The notes under the pieces: model-generated
Database searches by the model: none
What the model was told of the DNA's origin: nothing
The model's input: the letters and a program-made list of their open reading frames with translations, nothing else
Part shown: positions 12,399 through 24,284 of the stretch, one piece after another
Position numbering within the stretch: the stretch's first letter is position 1
How the letters are laid out: each line of letters begins with the position of its first letter
Assembly: GCA_965221955.1 (NCBI GenBank)
Contig: CBDCTA010000028.1
Span: forward strand, 1 to 64,000
Length of the DNA: 64,000 bases
From: Gammaproteobacteria bacterium
GTDB lineage: Bacteria; Pseudomonadota; Gammaproteobacteria; UBA4575
Direction of reading: 5' to 3'
Made by a program: the position numbers and the translations under genes

Positions 12399-13133
12399 TT
12401 ACATTGAGCTTAATAGCTTTTCGTAATCTTCTTGAGTATCCACACCGATACCTGTAGGACTTTTACATGTTTCAACATAAATAACATAACCATTTTGCAA
12501 TGCCCTCAATTGCTCAAGTGATTCTTTCTTTTCATGCGATGATGGTGGTAGATTTGTAAAAGTATTTAAGAAGCCTACGCTGTAAGCATAGATTCCCAAA
12601 TGTCGGAATACTTTTTTCATATCCGTTACAGGATTTTTACAGTTTAGTTTTTCTACTTTTCGGCTAAAATTTAAAGCATGGTAATTATCATCAAAAATCA
12701 CTTTAACAATATTTGGATTTTCCAATTCACTCTCTTCAGTGATCGCAGCACACAAAGTCGACATACTAACTTCTGGATGATTCATTAAGTTTTCTGCTAC
12801 TTGTTTAATATTCTGTGATGGCATTTGTGGCTCATCCCCTTGCACATTTACAATTGCAGTATCGTTATCCCAATTATTTATTTTCGCAACTTCAGCAATC
12901 CGATCTGTGCCTGATTTATGCTGATTCGAGGTTAAGCAAATGTTGGCATTAAACTCTTTTGCAGCTTCTACAATTCGCTCATCATCTGTTGCAATAATGA
13001 CTTCATTTGCACCACTATCACATGCATTCTCGTATACATATTGAATAATAGGTTTATTGTTGATTTTTAGCAGCGCTTTACCAGGAAGACGGGTTGAGGC
13101 ATAACGCGCGGGAATAACAACCTTAAAAGCCAT
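12399..13133 (-). CDS. kdsB: CMP-KDO synthetase
   Basis: IPARYASTRLPGK, NVQGDEP, LEQLRAL. Confidence 0.96.
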   Translation of the reverse strand: MAFKVVIPARYASTRLPGKALLKINNKPIIQYVYENACDSGANEVIIATDDERIVEAAKEFNANICLTSNQHKSGTDRIAEVAKINNWDNDTAIVNVQGDEPQMPSQNIKQVAENLMNHPEVSMSTLCAAITEESELENPNIVKVIFDDNYHALNFSRKVEKLNCKNPVTDMKKVFRHLGIYAYSVGFLNTFTNLPPSSHEKKESLEQLRALQNGYVIYVETCKSPTGIGVDTQEDYEKLLSSM

Positions 13134-13172
13134 GATTAGGTTAGAGTATTAAATATAAAATTAATTACTTAT

Positions 13173-13367
13173 TTACATCGCTTTATATTTTTCATACTCA
13201 TCATCTGTGATAGCACGTGCTTCGTCTTCTAACATAACCGGAATTCCATCGCGAATAGGATATGCAAGGCGCGCTGAAGTAGAAATTAGTTCTTGACGTT
13301 CTTTATCAAACTTAAGCGGCCCTTTTGTAACTGGGCAAACCAAAATGTCTAAAAGTTGCATATCCAT
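13173..13367 (-). CDS. ycaR: Trm112-family protein
   Basis: [25 protein letters not shown]. Confidence 0.93.
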   Translation of the reverse strand: MDMQLLDILVCPVTKGPLKFDKERQELISTSARLAYPIRDGIPVMLEDEARAITDDEYEKYKAM

Positions 13368-14344
13368 TAGCTTATATCCTCTAAAATTTTAAAAATACGA
13401 TTTTCTAATTTTGCATTCGGTACAATTGACATCGGAACGTACCAAGTGTTGTCTTTCCCAAACGGTTTACATTTTACGGCATCTTTCTCTGTCATGAGAA
13501 TCGCTAAATTATCGCCAAACTCTAAATCCATGAGACTATAACGATGGTGGTCTTCAAATGAATGTGTGATCACCTCAATATCAGCATTGCGTAACAGCGT
13601 AAAGAAACGTTCAGGGTAACCTATACCTGCAACCGCATGCACCTTAGCGCCCGCGAAAGAGCTTAAATCCTTAGTCGCAATCTTATCAGTTAACGAAACT
13701 ACATTTGTAACTATAGAGGTGTATTGGTACTCATATGCTGCGTTTTCTCCATTACTGATAACGAGATCAACTGAATTCAAACGAGACTTTGGCTCACGCA
13801 AAGGTCCAGCCGGCAAACATCTACCATTACCAAATTCTCGATCACCATCGACGACGACAATCTCAAAGTCACGTGGTAATGAATAGTGTTGTAAACCATC
13901 ATCCGAAATAATTACATCAAGCTCATATTTTTCAGTTAAATAGGTCGCAGCTTCATATCGATCTGCTGAAACAGCAACTGGGCATGAGGTTAGTTGTTTA
14001 AGCATTAGTGCTTCATCACCTACACTCTCGACTGCGCTGTCTTCAAGAACTTCTATAAGAATATTGTCATCGCGTTTATAACCACGCGATATAATTCCAA
14101 CTTTCAAACTGCGTTCTTTACATTTTTGTGCTAGATATGCAACAAAAGGTGTTTTGCCTGCACCCCCTACCGTTATATTGCCGACAACAATGTTGTATAC
14201 ATTTTTTATATGCTCATTAGAGCTTGTGGTTTTGTAGTAAAGACGTCTCGCACACACCACGAACTGAAATAACCACGATAAGGGCAATAACAATATTGAC
14301 GAAAAATTATTTGTGTACCAGAGTTTTTCGCTATCGATGTTCAA
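13367..14344 (-). CDS. lpxK: tetraacyldisaccharide 4'-kinase
   Basis: [33 protein letters not shown]. Confidence 0.96.
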   Translation of the reverse strand: MNIDSEKLWYTNNFSSILLLPLSWLFQFVVCARRLYYKTTSSNEHIKNVYNIVVGNITVGGAGKTPFVAYLAQKCKERSLKVGIISRGYKRDDNILIEVLEDSAVESVGDEALMLKQLTSCPVAVSADRYEAATYLTEKYELDVIISDDGLQHYSLPRDFEIVVVDGDREFGNGRCLPAGPLREPKSRLNSVDLVISNGENAAYEYQYTSIVTNVVSLTDKIATKDLSSFAGAKVHAVAGIGYPERFFTLLRNADIEVITHSFEDHHRYSLMDLEFGDNLAILMTEKDAVKCKPFGKDNTWYVPMSIVPNAKLENRIFKILEDIS

Positions 14345-16110
14345 GCTTCGACCAGTTTCGGTTCACTAATTTGCATCTTGTATAATGCTGCGTAGGCATC
14401 GTCGACTTTGAGTAATTCTTGATGACTGCCTATTTCGACTATCTTGCCTTTATCCATCACCACAATGCGATCTGCGTTCTCAATAGTTGAAAGCCTATGT
14501 GCAATGACTAACGTTGTGCGGTTTTTCTGCAAAACCTCTAAAGCTCTCTGAATATATTGTTCAGACTCAGTATCTAAGGATGATGTCGCCTCATCAAGAA
14601 TTAATATCGGTGCATCTTTTAATAATGCACGAGCAATCGCAATTCTTTGACGTTGTCCGCCCGACAATAACACACCATTTTCGCCGACAAGAGTGTGTAA
14701 TTTATCGGGAAGTTTGTTCGTAAACTCTAAAACACGTGCTGCCTCTGCCGCTTGAACAACTCGTTCATCACTGGCATCTAAGTCTTGTGCATAGGCGATA
14801 TTATTTGCAATAGTGTCGTTAAAAAGCGTGATATCTTGATTCACAATTGCGATTTGGTCTCGCAATGATTTCAAACTTAGTTCGGAAACATTAACTCCAT
14901 CAATGGTAATTACGCCTTCGTCAATATCATAAAATCTTGGCAGAATATTTACCATTGTCGTTTTACCGCTGCCCGATTTACCTACAAATGCGACAGTTTC
15001 TCCCGGCTCTACGACTAGATTGATGTGCTCTAGCGCATTCACATCACGCGATACATATCGAAAACATACATTTTTAAATTCAATTTTGCCATTGCAAGTT
15101 GATAAGGTTTTGCTAGCCGTATCTTTTTCTTTCTCAGAATCAATTAACGCAAACACACTCTGTCCTGCAGCAATACCAGTTTGCAAAATTTCATTAAGCA
15201 GAGTTAGCTTTCTGGCCGGAGTTAAGATCCACACCATTGCAACAATAAAACTTACAAAGCCCCCTGCAGTTTCTTCTGTGGCAATTTCAGGTTGAGCCGC
15301 AATCGCTAGCACCGCCACTAACACAAACCCCACCAACATTTGGATGACTGGTGTGCTAGCAGCTTTCGTCACTATTTTTCTCATATTATTGCGACGGTAG
15401 CGCTCATTCGCATGCTCGAATTTATCTATCTCGTATTGTTGTCCACCAAATATTTTGACAATTCGATGTCCAATAATACTTTCTTCAACAATATGCGTTA
15501 TTTTTCCTACAGATTTTTGCATTCTGGTGCTGAATTTTCGAAACAGTTTGCTGGTATATGCCACAACCCCAGCGATTAATGGCACAACAATTAGAAACAT
15601 GATTGTTAGTTTCCAATTATTGATAAACATTACCGCAAGTAAAAATATTATTTTCGATGTGTCCTCTACTAGGCTGCGCAAACTTTTAACTGCCGCACCA
15701 ATAACATGCTCAACATCGTAAGAAAATTTAGATAGCAGCGTACCTGTTGCTTGGTGATCAAAATAGTCAGTTGGCAAAAACTGTACTCGGTTAAACATAT
15801 CCTTGCGCAAAGTTTTAACTACATGTGCACCAACATAACCAATTAAATACGTACCAATGAAATTCATGCATCCACGCAATACAATAATGGCGAGCAATGC
15901 GAGCGGAATCCACTTAATTTCATCAAAGTCTTTATCAACAAAAGAACTGTCAATAAATGGCCCCAATAAGTAAGCCATCAACGCATCCATGCCAGAAAAC
16001 ACTAACAAGGCCAATGAACCTAATAGCAGATATTGCCATTTGGTGAAGGTATAACTAAGAAGCCGGCGATATATTTGCCAGCCAGTTTTATTTACGGCTT
16101 GTTCCGCCAT
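14341..16110 (-). CDS. msbA: lipid A export ABC transporter
   Basis: TMD plus NBD (GKSGSGKT, LSGGQRQR); adjacent to lpxK. Confidence 0.95.
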   Translation of the reverse strand: MAEQAVNKTGWQIYRRLLSYTFTKWQYLLLGSLALLVFSGMDALMAYLLGPFIDSSFVDKDFDEIKWIPLALLAIIVLRGCMNFIGTYLIGYVGAHVVKTLRKDMFNRVQFLPTDYFDHQATGTLLSKFSYDVEHVIGAAVKSLRSLVEDTSKIIFLLAVMFINNWKLTIMFLIVVPLIAGVVAYTSKLFRKFSTRMQKSVGKITHIVEESIIGHRIVKIFGGQQYEIDKFEHANERYRRNNMRKIVTKAASTPVIQMLVGFVLVAVLAIAAQPEIATEETAGGFVSFIVAMVWILTPARKLTLLNEILQTGIAAGQSVFALIDSEKEKDTASKTLSTCNGKIEFKNVCFRYVSRDVNALEHINLVVEPGETVAFVGKSGSGKTTMVNILPRFYDIDEGVITIDGVNVSELSLKSLRDQIAIVNQDITLFNDTIANNIAYAQDLDASDERVVQAAEAARVLEFTNKLPDKLHTLVGENGVLLSGGQRQRIAIARALLKDAPILILDEATSSLDTESEQYIQRALEVLQKNRTTLVIAHRLSTIENADRIVVMDKGKIVEIGSHQELLKVDDAYAALYKMQISEPKLVEA

Positions 16111-16126
16111 TGAAAATTAATGAAGG

Positions 16127-16540
16127 TTATTCTGGTTTTGAAGTCGCGATCGATAATTTCGAAATACCTACTTTAGCAACAGTATCCATTGCTGTAACTA
16201 CAGCTTGGTGTGGTGTTGCAGCATCTGCACGAATTATGACACTTTTCTCTTTGTCGCCTGCAACAATTTTCTGTAATGATTGAAACAGTGTATTTGCTTG
16301 GTTATTAGTGAGACCTTGACCATTGACGAAATACGCCCCAGAAGGATCTATAGTAATTTCAATAGGAATGACTTCCATGGCTTGCTCTTCTGACGAAGCC
16401 TCAGGTAAATCTACTCTTAGTTCTGCCTGCTGATTAAATGTAGTGGTCACCATGAAAAAAATCAGCAACAAAAACACCACGTCAATCAACGGCGTGATAT
16501 TTACATCTAAACGATCTTCTTCTGCTCGGCTAAAATTCAT
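16127..16540 (-). CDS. exbD: ExbD/TolR biopolymer transport protein
   Basis: NITPLIDVVFLLLIFFM. Confidence 0.9.
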   Translation of the reverse strand: MNFSRAEEDRLDVNITPLIDVVFLLLIFFMVTTTFNQQAELRVDLPEASSEEQAMEVIPIEITIDPSGAYFVNGQGLTNNQANTLFQSLQKIVAGDKEKSVIIRADAATPHQAVVTAMDTVAKVGISKLSIATSKPE

Positions 16541-16564
16541 TTAATATTTACACCAAACATGAGT

Positions 16565-17182
16565 TTATGAATTTGCTTTACGTTGACCATGCATCACTTC
16601 AACGAGCTTAATCGCCTCTTCTTCCATGCCTACTACTAAACCATCGACCCGTCTTCTGAAATAACGCACAAATATCAAACTTGGAATTGCAACACTTAGG
16701 CCAGCAGCAGTAGTAATCAAAGCTTTAGATATTCCTCCAGCAAGCTCGCCAGGATCCCCTACTCCGACACTTGTAATTACACTAAATACTTGAATCATTC
16801 CGATCACGGTTCCTAAAAGTCCAAGTAAAGGAGAAATTGCTGCAATCGTACCTAAAGTATTCAAGAAACGTTGTAATTCATAGGCTACATGCCGGCCGGT
16901 TTCTTCAATGCTTTCTTTCATAATTTCGCGGTCATAATTCTTATTCAGAAGACCTGCTGCGAGAATCCTACCTAGCGGAGAACTCTTACGTATTTGCAAT
17001 ATGCGATTTTCGTCTAATTTGCCTTCTTTGCTCCATTGCCAAATCTTGGCAGCCAGATATTTAGGTGCCACACGTTCTTTTTGAAGCGTCCAAAAGCGTT
17101 CAATAGTGATCGCTAACGCAACAATAGATGCAGCGATGATGGGTAGCATTAGCCAACCACCTGCCTTTATGATTTCATACAC
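16565..17182 (-). CDS. exbB: MotA/TolQ/ExbB proton channel protein
   Basis: PLLGLLGTVIGMI, GGISKALITTAAGL. Confidence 0.9.
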   Translation of the reverse strand: MYEIIKAGGWLMLPIIAASIVALAITIERFWTLQKERVAPKYLAAKIWQWSKEGKLDENRILQIRKSSPLGRILAAGLLNKNYDREIMKESIEETGRHVAYELQRFLNTLGTIAAISPLLGLLGTVIGMIQVFSVITSVGVGDPGELAGGISKALITTAAGLSVAIPSLIFVRYFRRRVDGLVVGMEEEAIKLVEVMHGQRKANS

Positions 17183-17280
17183 TTAGAATAACTCCTTGAG
17201 ATTTTACTTTGGCTTAAGGCTTAATAACTAGAGTTCGCCGGTGGACATAATGCTTGATTTAAATTCTATCTAAATATTGC

Positions 17281-19588
17281 TCAAGGCTTAGTGTGCCAAA
17301 AGCGTTGTCGCACTTCACGATATCCTGGCTGTAATTGCAATCCGTTTTTTTCAGAAAATTCAAAGCTAATCATACCTTGCATAGCCGAATTTACTAAGTC
17401 ACTACCAAACTCTTCGTAACGCGAGACTACTTTTTCATCGGGAAAACCATAGGGATTCCTATAGCCAGTAGTAAATACGACATAATCTGGCGAAGTGGCC
17501 TTAATAAAGGCAGCAGTAGAGGATGAATTACTACCATGATGTGGCGCAATCAGTACATCTACATTTAGCCTATTTGCATCGTGTTTGACCAAGCTTCGCT
17601 CAATAGGCTTTTCGATATCGCCTGTTAACAAAAGGCTACCAGACAGATGCTCGACGCGTAATACACATGAGCTATTATTTTTAGAGAGCTTACCTATGTT
17701 TTCATCCTCTAAGTCTCGCGCTGGATGTAAAAAAGTAAAATTTACTTCTTGCCACTGCCACTGCAGACCTTCTCTACAAGCGCTAAGTTCATCATGCTGA
17801 TAATCAGCCGTCTGGTTTACGATCAATTGTTTAACTTTTATATTCGCTAACAATCCATCTAGTCCACCTGCATGATCTTTATCCCCATGACTCACTACTA
17901 GCGTATCGATTTCATGAATCCCACGTTTGCGCAAATACGTGGCAACGATAGCTTCGCCTGCATTAAAACTATTACTAAATTTTGGACCGGTGTCATAAAC
18001 CAATACCTTTTCACCCACATGCAATACGACCGCAGTCCCTTGACCTACATCTAATACGGATAAAATAAGATCATTTTTAGAACCAGTTGGTGACTTAGCG
18101 AAAACGAGTGGACTCAATAATGCAATACTAAGCGCTTTTGCGGGCCAACCTTTTGGCATAAGTAAAAGTAGAATGCCAAATGCAGCTGGAATAAGCGCCC
18201 AGCTAGGAACCGCATGTTTCCAACTCGCAAAAGGCAAACTGTGCAAATAATCCAAAACAAACCAAAATATATCTAGAAAAACACCAACTACTTGCAAAAT
18301 CCAAGCACCAAAGCTCTCATTAATTAATAACAGCAAAGCACCAACCAAACTAAGCGGCACAACTAAAATACTTACCCAAGGAACTGCGAAAAGATTTGCA
18401 ATCGGTGAAATTAAAGAGGCTTGTTGGAAAAATAATAAAGTTATAGGCAGTAGCCCTAGAGCAAGCGCAAGTTGAATTTTAACAACATGCAAACCCCACC
18501 TTTCAGATGACTTCTTACCTTTGACTGAAAATAGAATAATTGCAACTGCGATAAATGATAACCAAAACCCTGGCGCTAATACTGAAAAAGGATTCCATAC
18601 CAATACACACAACAACGCAATCGCTAGAATATTCCAAGGTCGGAATGATTGCATGGTGTAGATAGATAAAAATACTACTGCTGCCATTACCATGGCACGT
18701 TGCGTGGGAATAGAAAATCCTGCAAGCATTGCATAAAATACTGCAGCGAAAATGGCTGCAATAGCCGCTACACGTTGTGCTGGAATATATAGACAACACC
18801 TTTCGCTACGCTTCCAACACCACACCACTAAAAAATATACAAAACCAGAAACAATTCCTACATGCAATCCGGAAATAGCGAGCAAATGATTCGTTCCTGT
18901 CTGCGTTAGCATTTGCCAGCGATCCGCATCCATTTGACCACGTTCACCTAACACTAAGGCTTTTATGATTGCAAGATGATTCTTTTTTGAGGATTCAAGC
19001 TTTTGATTTAGTTTTGCACGTAAATAATATGCAGGATTCGAGAGGCTTGTTTTTTTGATGCGTTGATTATTACCTTTTACTGCGTACATACCCAGTCGCA
19101 CGAATTTCACGCTCAAATAACCATTTCTCATAATCAAAGCTACCTGGATTAGCAAAACCCCAGGGGCGTTTTAAACGTATTCTTAATTGCCAAGTTTCAC
19201 CTAACTGGATGTCAGGCAAATTGCCATACCAGTTTAGCCTTACCTTTTTTGGCAAATTCACCAATTTGCCACGCCGATGGCCTTCTTCAATTACAAACTC
19301 AAATCTTAAACTGCGAGCTTGTCTTGCAGGGATTGAAACCACCTTACCAGATACTTCTAGATCAACTCCTTCAAGAGACTTATTTAATCCAGGGTGTAAA
19401 TTCAGGTGGGCATGCGCTAAAGCACAGAAAAAGCCGAGTAAAAGGCTAACCAGCAAAACACTACGAGGGTATTTCAACCCAATTAAGACTGTCGGTACAA
19501 TTCCAATAGCCCAATACCAATGCGGCAACGTAGTAAACACTGTTAAAATAGTGACGCCAAGTAAAAACGCTACCGCAACCTTAAGCAT
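17281..19588 (-). pseudogene. comEC: ComEC/Rec2 DNA uptake channel, split by a single frameshift
   Basis: 5' ORF (NPGSFDYEKWLF..ATGYV) stops at 19070. The 3' frame carries HLLAISGLHVG, DVGQG, SHGDKDHAGG and PHHGS. Removing one base from TTTT 19075-19078 joins them as YVRSKGNNQR. Confidence 0.85.
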
Positions 19589-19661
19589 GGATAACTTTCC
19601 CAACCAAATGTTATATTTTTATTTTAACCTAGATAAGCACCATAGATTCATATCCAGATAA

Positions 19662-20183
19662 ATGCCATTTAGATTTCTTAAAAAACACTTCGAAAATCGA
19701 GATCTAACAAAAGATAAGTCCTTTAGTATATTTGGTGAATTTATCCACGATCAAAACTTGTGGCATATGCGTAGGCGTTCGGTTGCCGGTGCATGTGCCA
19801 TTGGCTTGTTTTGCGCATTTATCCCTATACCCTTCCAAATGGTATTAGCAGCGGGTCTAGCCATTATCTTTAGATGTAACTTACCCATATCTGTTGCACT
19901 CGTTTGGGTAACCAATCCTGTAACCATGCCACCTCTGTTTTTCTTAGCTTATAAAGTGGGTACATTTTTAACCGAAACTAATTTAGGACCATTTGAATTT
20001 GAACTGAGCTTAAATTGGCTCTTTACTGAACTGCGCGAACGCTGGAAACCGTTTTTAGTCGGTTGCCTGTTTTCAGGAACGGTAGCGGGCTTATTTGGAT
20101 TTATCGTAGCAAGAATTTTATGGCGAATAAGAGTTGTTACATTTTGGAATAAAAGAAAACTACGCAAGTTAGGAAAAAAATAA
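19662..20183 (+). CDS. DUF2062 membrane protein
   Basis: NLWHMRRRSVA, PIPFQM, WVTNPVTMPP. Confidence 0.88.
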   Translation: MPFRFLKKHFENRDLTKDKSFSIFGEFIHDQNLWHMRRRSVAGACAIGLFCAFIPIPFQMVLAAGLAIIFRCNLPISVALVWVTNPVTMPPLFFLAYKVGTFLTETNLGPFEFELSLNWLFTELRERWKPFLVGCLFSGTVAGLFGFIVARILWRIRVVTFWNKRKLRKLGKK

Positions 20184-20255
20184 TTTTTTAGCTTTAATGC
20201 TCCAAAATACGATGCTTGATTAATTCTATAAAAGCCGTCATTTAATTACATCAAA

Positions 20256-20651
20256 TTATTTAATGCGCACTACTGTTGTTTGCTGGCCATCAGAAGATTC
20301 AAATGTAAATTCTTCATCGTTCACACTTATAATTTTATCTGATATTTTAAGACCCGGTTTTAAAAAGTCATTATTCGACTCAAGGACTTCAACATGGGAG
20401 TAACCATCTATCACTTCCCATTTTGAAATAATGTTATATTCTTCAACCAACTCTTGGTTAATAAATATTTTTCCATGTGTATTGATTGTCCCATCACTGT
20501 TATATCTTTCTGTAGCCTTTATCTGCATATCACCATCTGACACCTCAAACCGCCAATGTCCGACTAACTTATCAAATAATTTTTGATCTGAATCAGAAGC
20601 AAAAGATACTAATGCAAAGAAAACTAAAATTGTGATTGTAATAAACCTCAT
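20256..20651 (-). CDS. hypothetical exported protein (possibly lipocalin-like)
   Basis: Signal peptide then KLVGHW, beta-rich pattern. Confidence 0.6.
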   Translation of the reverse strand: MRFITITILVFFALVSFASDSDQKLFDKLVGHWRFEVSDGDMQIKATERYNSDGTINTHGKIFINQELVEEYNIISKWEVIDGYSHVEVLESNNDFLKPGLKISDKIISVNDEEFTFESSDGQQTTVVRIK

Positions 20652-20683
20652 AAGTAATACCTAAAGCATTAATTGCAAAATAA

Positions 20684-21358
20684 TTAACATGTGAGCACTC
20701 CATCTTCTAATGTATAGATCTTATCCATAGATTCTGCAATTTTTGTGTCATGTGTGACCATTACAATTGCAGTATTTAGCTCACGATTTAAATCCAGCAT
20801 TTCATTTTGTACTTGAACTGCATTTTTCTGATCCAAATTACCGGTAGGTTCATCCGCAAGAATTACTTTAGGGTTAGTAACCAATGCCCTAGCAATCGCA
20901 ACACGCTGTCTCTCACCACCTGAAAGCTCTGTGGGTTTATGCATTACGCGATTCTCTAAACCAACTTTAGACAACATTTTTTTAGCGCCAGCTTCTGCCT
21001 CTGAAACGGTTCCTTCACGAAGTAATAAAGGCATTGCCACATTTTCTAAAGCGGTAAATTCTGGCAATAAATGATGGAACTGATATATAAACCCTAAAGA
21101 TTGATTTCGTAATCTTCCTCTTTCTGCATCTTGTAATGCCGACATATCTTCCCCACAAACCTTGACGGTTCCTGAGGTGGGAACATCCAATCCACCTAAT
21201 AGATGCATAAGGGTGCTCTTGCCGCTACCTGAAGCACCTACAATGGCTACTCTACTTTTCTCTTCAACCGTAAAGTTTATATTTTTCAAAACCTCAACAC
21301 TTGCTGGACCACTTTCATAGGTCTTAGAAAGGTTTGTGCATTCTAGTACGAAAGTCAT
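20684..21358 (-). CDS. lolD: lipoprotein-releasing ABC ATPase
   Basis: [30 protein letters not shown]. Confidence 0.95.
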   Translation of the reverse strand: MTFVLECTNLSKTYESGPASVEVLKNINFTVEEKSRVAIVGASGSGKSTLMHLLGGLDVPTSGTVKVCGEDMSALQDAERGRLRNQSLGFIYQFHHLLPEFTALENVAMPLLLREGTVSEAEAGAKKMLSKVGLENRVMHKPTELSGGERQRVAIARALVTNPKVILADEPTGNLDQKNAVQVQNEMLDLNRELNTAIVMVTHDTKIAESMDKIYTLEDGVLTC

Positions 21359-21385
21359 AATTTACTTCCCAGTGTACACATACCC

Positions 21386-22633
21386 TTACTCATACCTTAA
21401 AGCTTCTGCAGGTTGTGTACGTGCCGCTTTCCAAGCAGGGTATATAGTGGCTAGTACTGTAATAACAAAAGCAATAACACAGATAGTAATGACTTCACTT
21501 GGTACTACATCAGAAGGAAAATCGCTAATCGGATATACATCTTGAGAAAGAAATTTAGCTCCACGTATATTTTCTACCGCCCGAACCAAAGCTTCAATAT
21601 TAGAAGCCAAAAGCACACCTCCCAATGCGCCCAGCAACGTTCCCACTAAACCAATTACTGTTCCCTGCACAATGAAAATTCCCATAACACTTTTCGGCGA
21701 CACGCCTAATGTCCGCATAATGGCGATGTCACTTTGCTTTTCGGTTACCACCATCACTAGCATTGAAATGATATTAAATGCTGCAACAAAAACGATGATG
21801 ATCGTAATAATAAACATCATGGTTTTTTCCATTTTCAACGCACGGAAAAAATTTCTATTATGGTAAGTCCAGTCGGTTACCCAATAACTCCCTCCAAGAT
21901 ATTCACGTAAGCCATAGGTAATTTCGCGGGCATCAAACAAATCTTCAAATTTTAGACGTAGCCCCGTCACCGCATCGCCTAAACGAAATAACCGTTTTGC
22001 ATCGTCAATATGAATCGCTGCAGTATTTCGATCATATTGCGGCATGCCGACTGCATAAGTGCCAACAACGGTAAAACGTCTAAACTTGGGAACAATACCA
22101 GCAGGGGTAACAGTGGCTTCTGGTGTAATAACAGTAATCTTATCGCCTACGTCTGCGCCTAAGTAATTTGCCAAGTCTCTTCCAAGCAAAATACCAAATT
22201 CACCTGGTTTAAGTACGTCTAGGTTTCCATCTTCAAGATGCTCTCCAATTCGCGATACCTTGCTTTCAAGTTGTGGATTGATGCCATTTAACATTGCACC
22301 CGTTACTTGCTTGCCATACACGATCATACCTTGGCCTTGTACATACGGAGCCGAGCCATGAATTTCTGGTCGACCTTTGAGCTCGTCTTCAACCTTTTGC
22401 CAATCACGTAGCTTGCCATCGAGCTCTAACACAGTCGCATGAGCCGTCATGCTTAAAATGCGATCTTTAATTTCAAATTGGAAGCCATTCATTACCGACA
22501 AGACAGTGATAATCAATGTGATTCCGAGTGCTAAACTGAAAACGGAAATAAACGATATAAAAGAAATAAAATGGTTTCGGCGCTTAGCACGCAAATACCG
22601 TGATCCGATGAATAATTCGAGAGGCCTGAACAT
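21386..22633 (-). CDS. lolE: lipoprotein-releasing permease LolC/E
   Basis: RYLRAKRRNHFISFIS, SVMNGF, PAEALRYE. Confidence 0.9.
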   Translation of the reverse strand: MFRPLELFIGSRYLRAKRRNHFISFISFISVFSLALGITLIITVLSVMNGFQFEIKDRILSMTAHATVLELDGKLRDWQKVEDELKGRPEIHGSAPYVQGQGMIVYGKQVTGAMLNGINPQLESKVSRIGEHLEDGNLDVLKPGEFGILLGRDLANYLGADVGDKITVITPEATVTPAGIVPKFRRFTVVGTYAVGMPQYDRNTAAIHIDDAKRLFRLGDAVTGLRLKFEDLFDAREITYGLREYLGGSYWVTDWTYHNRNFFRALKMEKTMMFIITIIIVFVAAFNIISMLVMVVTEKQSDIAIMRTLGVSPKSVMGIFIVQGTVIGLVGTLLGALGGVLLASNIEALVRAVENIRGAKFLSQDVYPISDFPSDVVPSEVITICVIAFVITVLATIYPAWKAARTQPAEALRYE

Positions 22634-22898
22634 TAAATGATCGTTCGCTTTGTGGGTTAAATTAGATTAAATAGTATCTGTAATATATTGATTATTATAG
22701 AATCATTGTCGATGGATACATACACAATTTGAACTTAGGCATGAAGGTTAGTGATCTTGTTTATAATTCTGTAGCCTGTCCTAGAGCGACCCTTAGTCCG
22801 TTAAAACTCCACAATTATCGTGCTTCCTGTGAGCATTGATTCCAGCGAATAGTACGCAATGGTATGATCTAAAAAAGCTTAATACGGACCTTAGATTT

Positions 22899-23177
22899 AT
22901 GCGCATTTTTATTAGTTCAATACTCGCCCTATTTTTAGCAGTAAGCACCTTACAGGTAAACGCACAGGTAGTGAAGACGCCTGGTAGCAGCGCTCAAGTG
23001 GTCGTGAATTCAACTATGCCTCATCGAGGCCTTTCAAAACTACAGGTTGAAACCCGCTTTGGTCAGCCCGCATCAAAAGAAGGCCCAGTAGGCACACCTG
23101 CAATCTATCGCTGGAACTATAACAATTATTCTGTTTTCTTTGAGAATAATATCGTTATTCACTCTGTTGCGCATTGA
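22899..23177 (+). CDS. small exported protein (SmpA/BamE-like pattern)
   Basis: Start MRIFISS with signal peptide; PHRGLSK..FGQP..GTPAIYRWNY. Confidence 0.65.
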   Translation: MRIFISSILALFLAVSTLQVNAQVVKTPGSSAQVVVNSTMPHRGLSKLQVETRFGQPASKEGPVGTPAIYRWNYNNYSVFFENNIVIHSVAH

Positions 23178-23237
23178 TTCACATTGAATCAGCTCGCAAA
23201 ATAAAGCTTACATAAAAAAGCTTTTACATTATTCATT

Positions 23238-24284
23238 GTGACTTCATACCATCTCGCTCCCGAATGGGCGCGTCAAGATGCCGTTATTTTAGTTTGGCCA
23301 CATCAGCATTCTGATTGGGCACAAGCTAAGAATGACACAAAATTAGATCGTATTGAGAAAACCTATATCGAACTAACACGCTACATTTCAAGAAACCAGA
23401 AAGTAGTCTTAAACGCATATGACCAAACCCACATCGCGTATATACAAACATGCTTATCGAAAAGCGATAGCAAGTTTGAAAATATTATATTTACAGCTAT
23501 TCCAACCAATGACACTTGGGTACGCGACTACGGCCCCATTTGTGTTCGCTCTAACTCCGAAGATGTTTTACTAAATTTTAAATTCGACGCCTGGGGAAAT
23601 AAATACACTCATGAGAAAGATAATGCGTTTAACCAAGTACTAAGAAAAGAACTAGCTCTTGAAGCAACCCTCTTACAAGTTAAGAGCATATTAGAAGCAG
23701 GAAATATTGATGTAAATGATAAAGCGTGCTTGTTAAGTTCTAAATCCTGTTTTAAACGTAGCCAGTCAAATCAATCAACTGAAATACTATTAATAGAAAA
23801 CAATTTTAGAAGTTGGTTCGGTAGTGAGCATATTTTTTGGATTGATAAAGTTAAACTAATTGGTGACGATACGGATGGGCATATTGATACACTCGCCAGA
23901 TATTGTTCCGACAATATTATTGCTTATTCTGCAGTAGGACATGCATCAGACCCAAATAAAAATAATCTAACTACCTTGAATCAACAATTAATTGAGATAA
24001 AAACAAGCTGTGCAAATGATTTAGAATTAATCCCTATTCCACTCCCAAAACCTATTTTCGATCAAAATAAACAACTACCTGCTAGTTATGTAAATTTTTT
24101 AATTACTAATAAATATGTATTCGTTCCAGTTTTTAACGACAAACAAGATGAGTCAGCATTGAAAATTATTGATGACTGCTTTCCATCAAGAGAAATCATA
24201 GATATAGAGAGCAATGCTTTGATTCAGGAATACGGCGGGATACACTGTGCCACCATGCAAATACCTCAAGGGTTTCTATCATGA
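23238..24284 (+). CDS. aguA: agmatine deiminase family protein
   Basis: PEW, WPH, DTWVRDYGP, DTDGHID, GGIHCAT. Confidence 0.9.
   Translation: MTSYHLAPEWARQDAVILVWPHQHSDWAQAKNDTKLDRIEKTYIELTRYISRNQKVVLNAYDQTHIAYIQTCLSKSDSKFENIIFTAIPTNDTWVRDYGPICVRSNSEDVLLNFKFDAWGNKYTHEKDNAFNQVLRKELALEATLLQVKSILEAGNIDVNDKACLLSSKSCFKRSQSNQSTEILLIENNFRSWFGSEHIFWIDKVKLIGDDTDGHIDTLARYCSDNIIAYSAVGHASDPNKNNLTTLNQQLIEIKTSCANDLELIPIPLPKPIFDQNKQLPASYVNFLITNKYVFVPVFNDKQDESALKIIDDCFPSREIIDIESNALIQEYGGIHCATMQIPQGFLS

Noticed and set aside
19209-19661. 150-aa plus-strand ORF and the many other short antisense ORFs in the track
   Set aside because: Shadow frames of well-supported genes on the opposite strand.
22770-22795. 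CTAGAGCGACC resembling the end of the nested insert at 38115-38123
   Set aside because: Match is too short to separate from chance.
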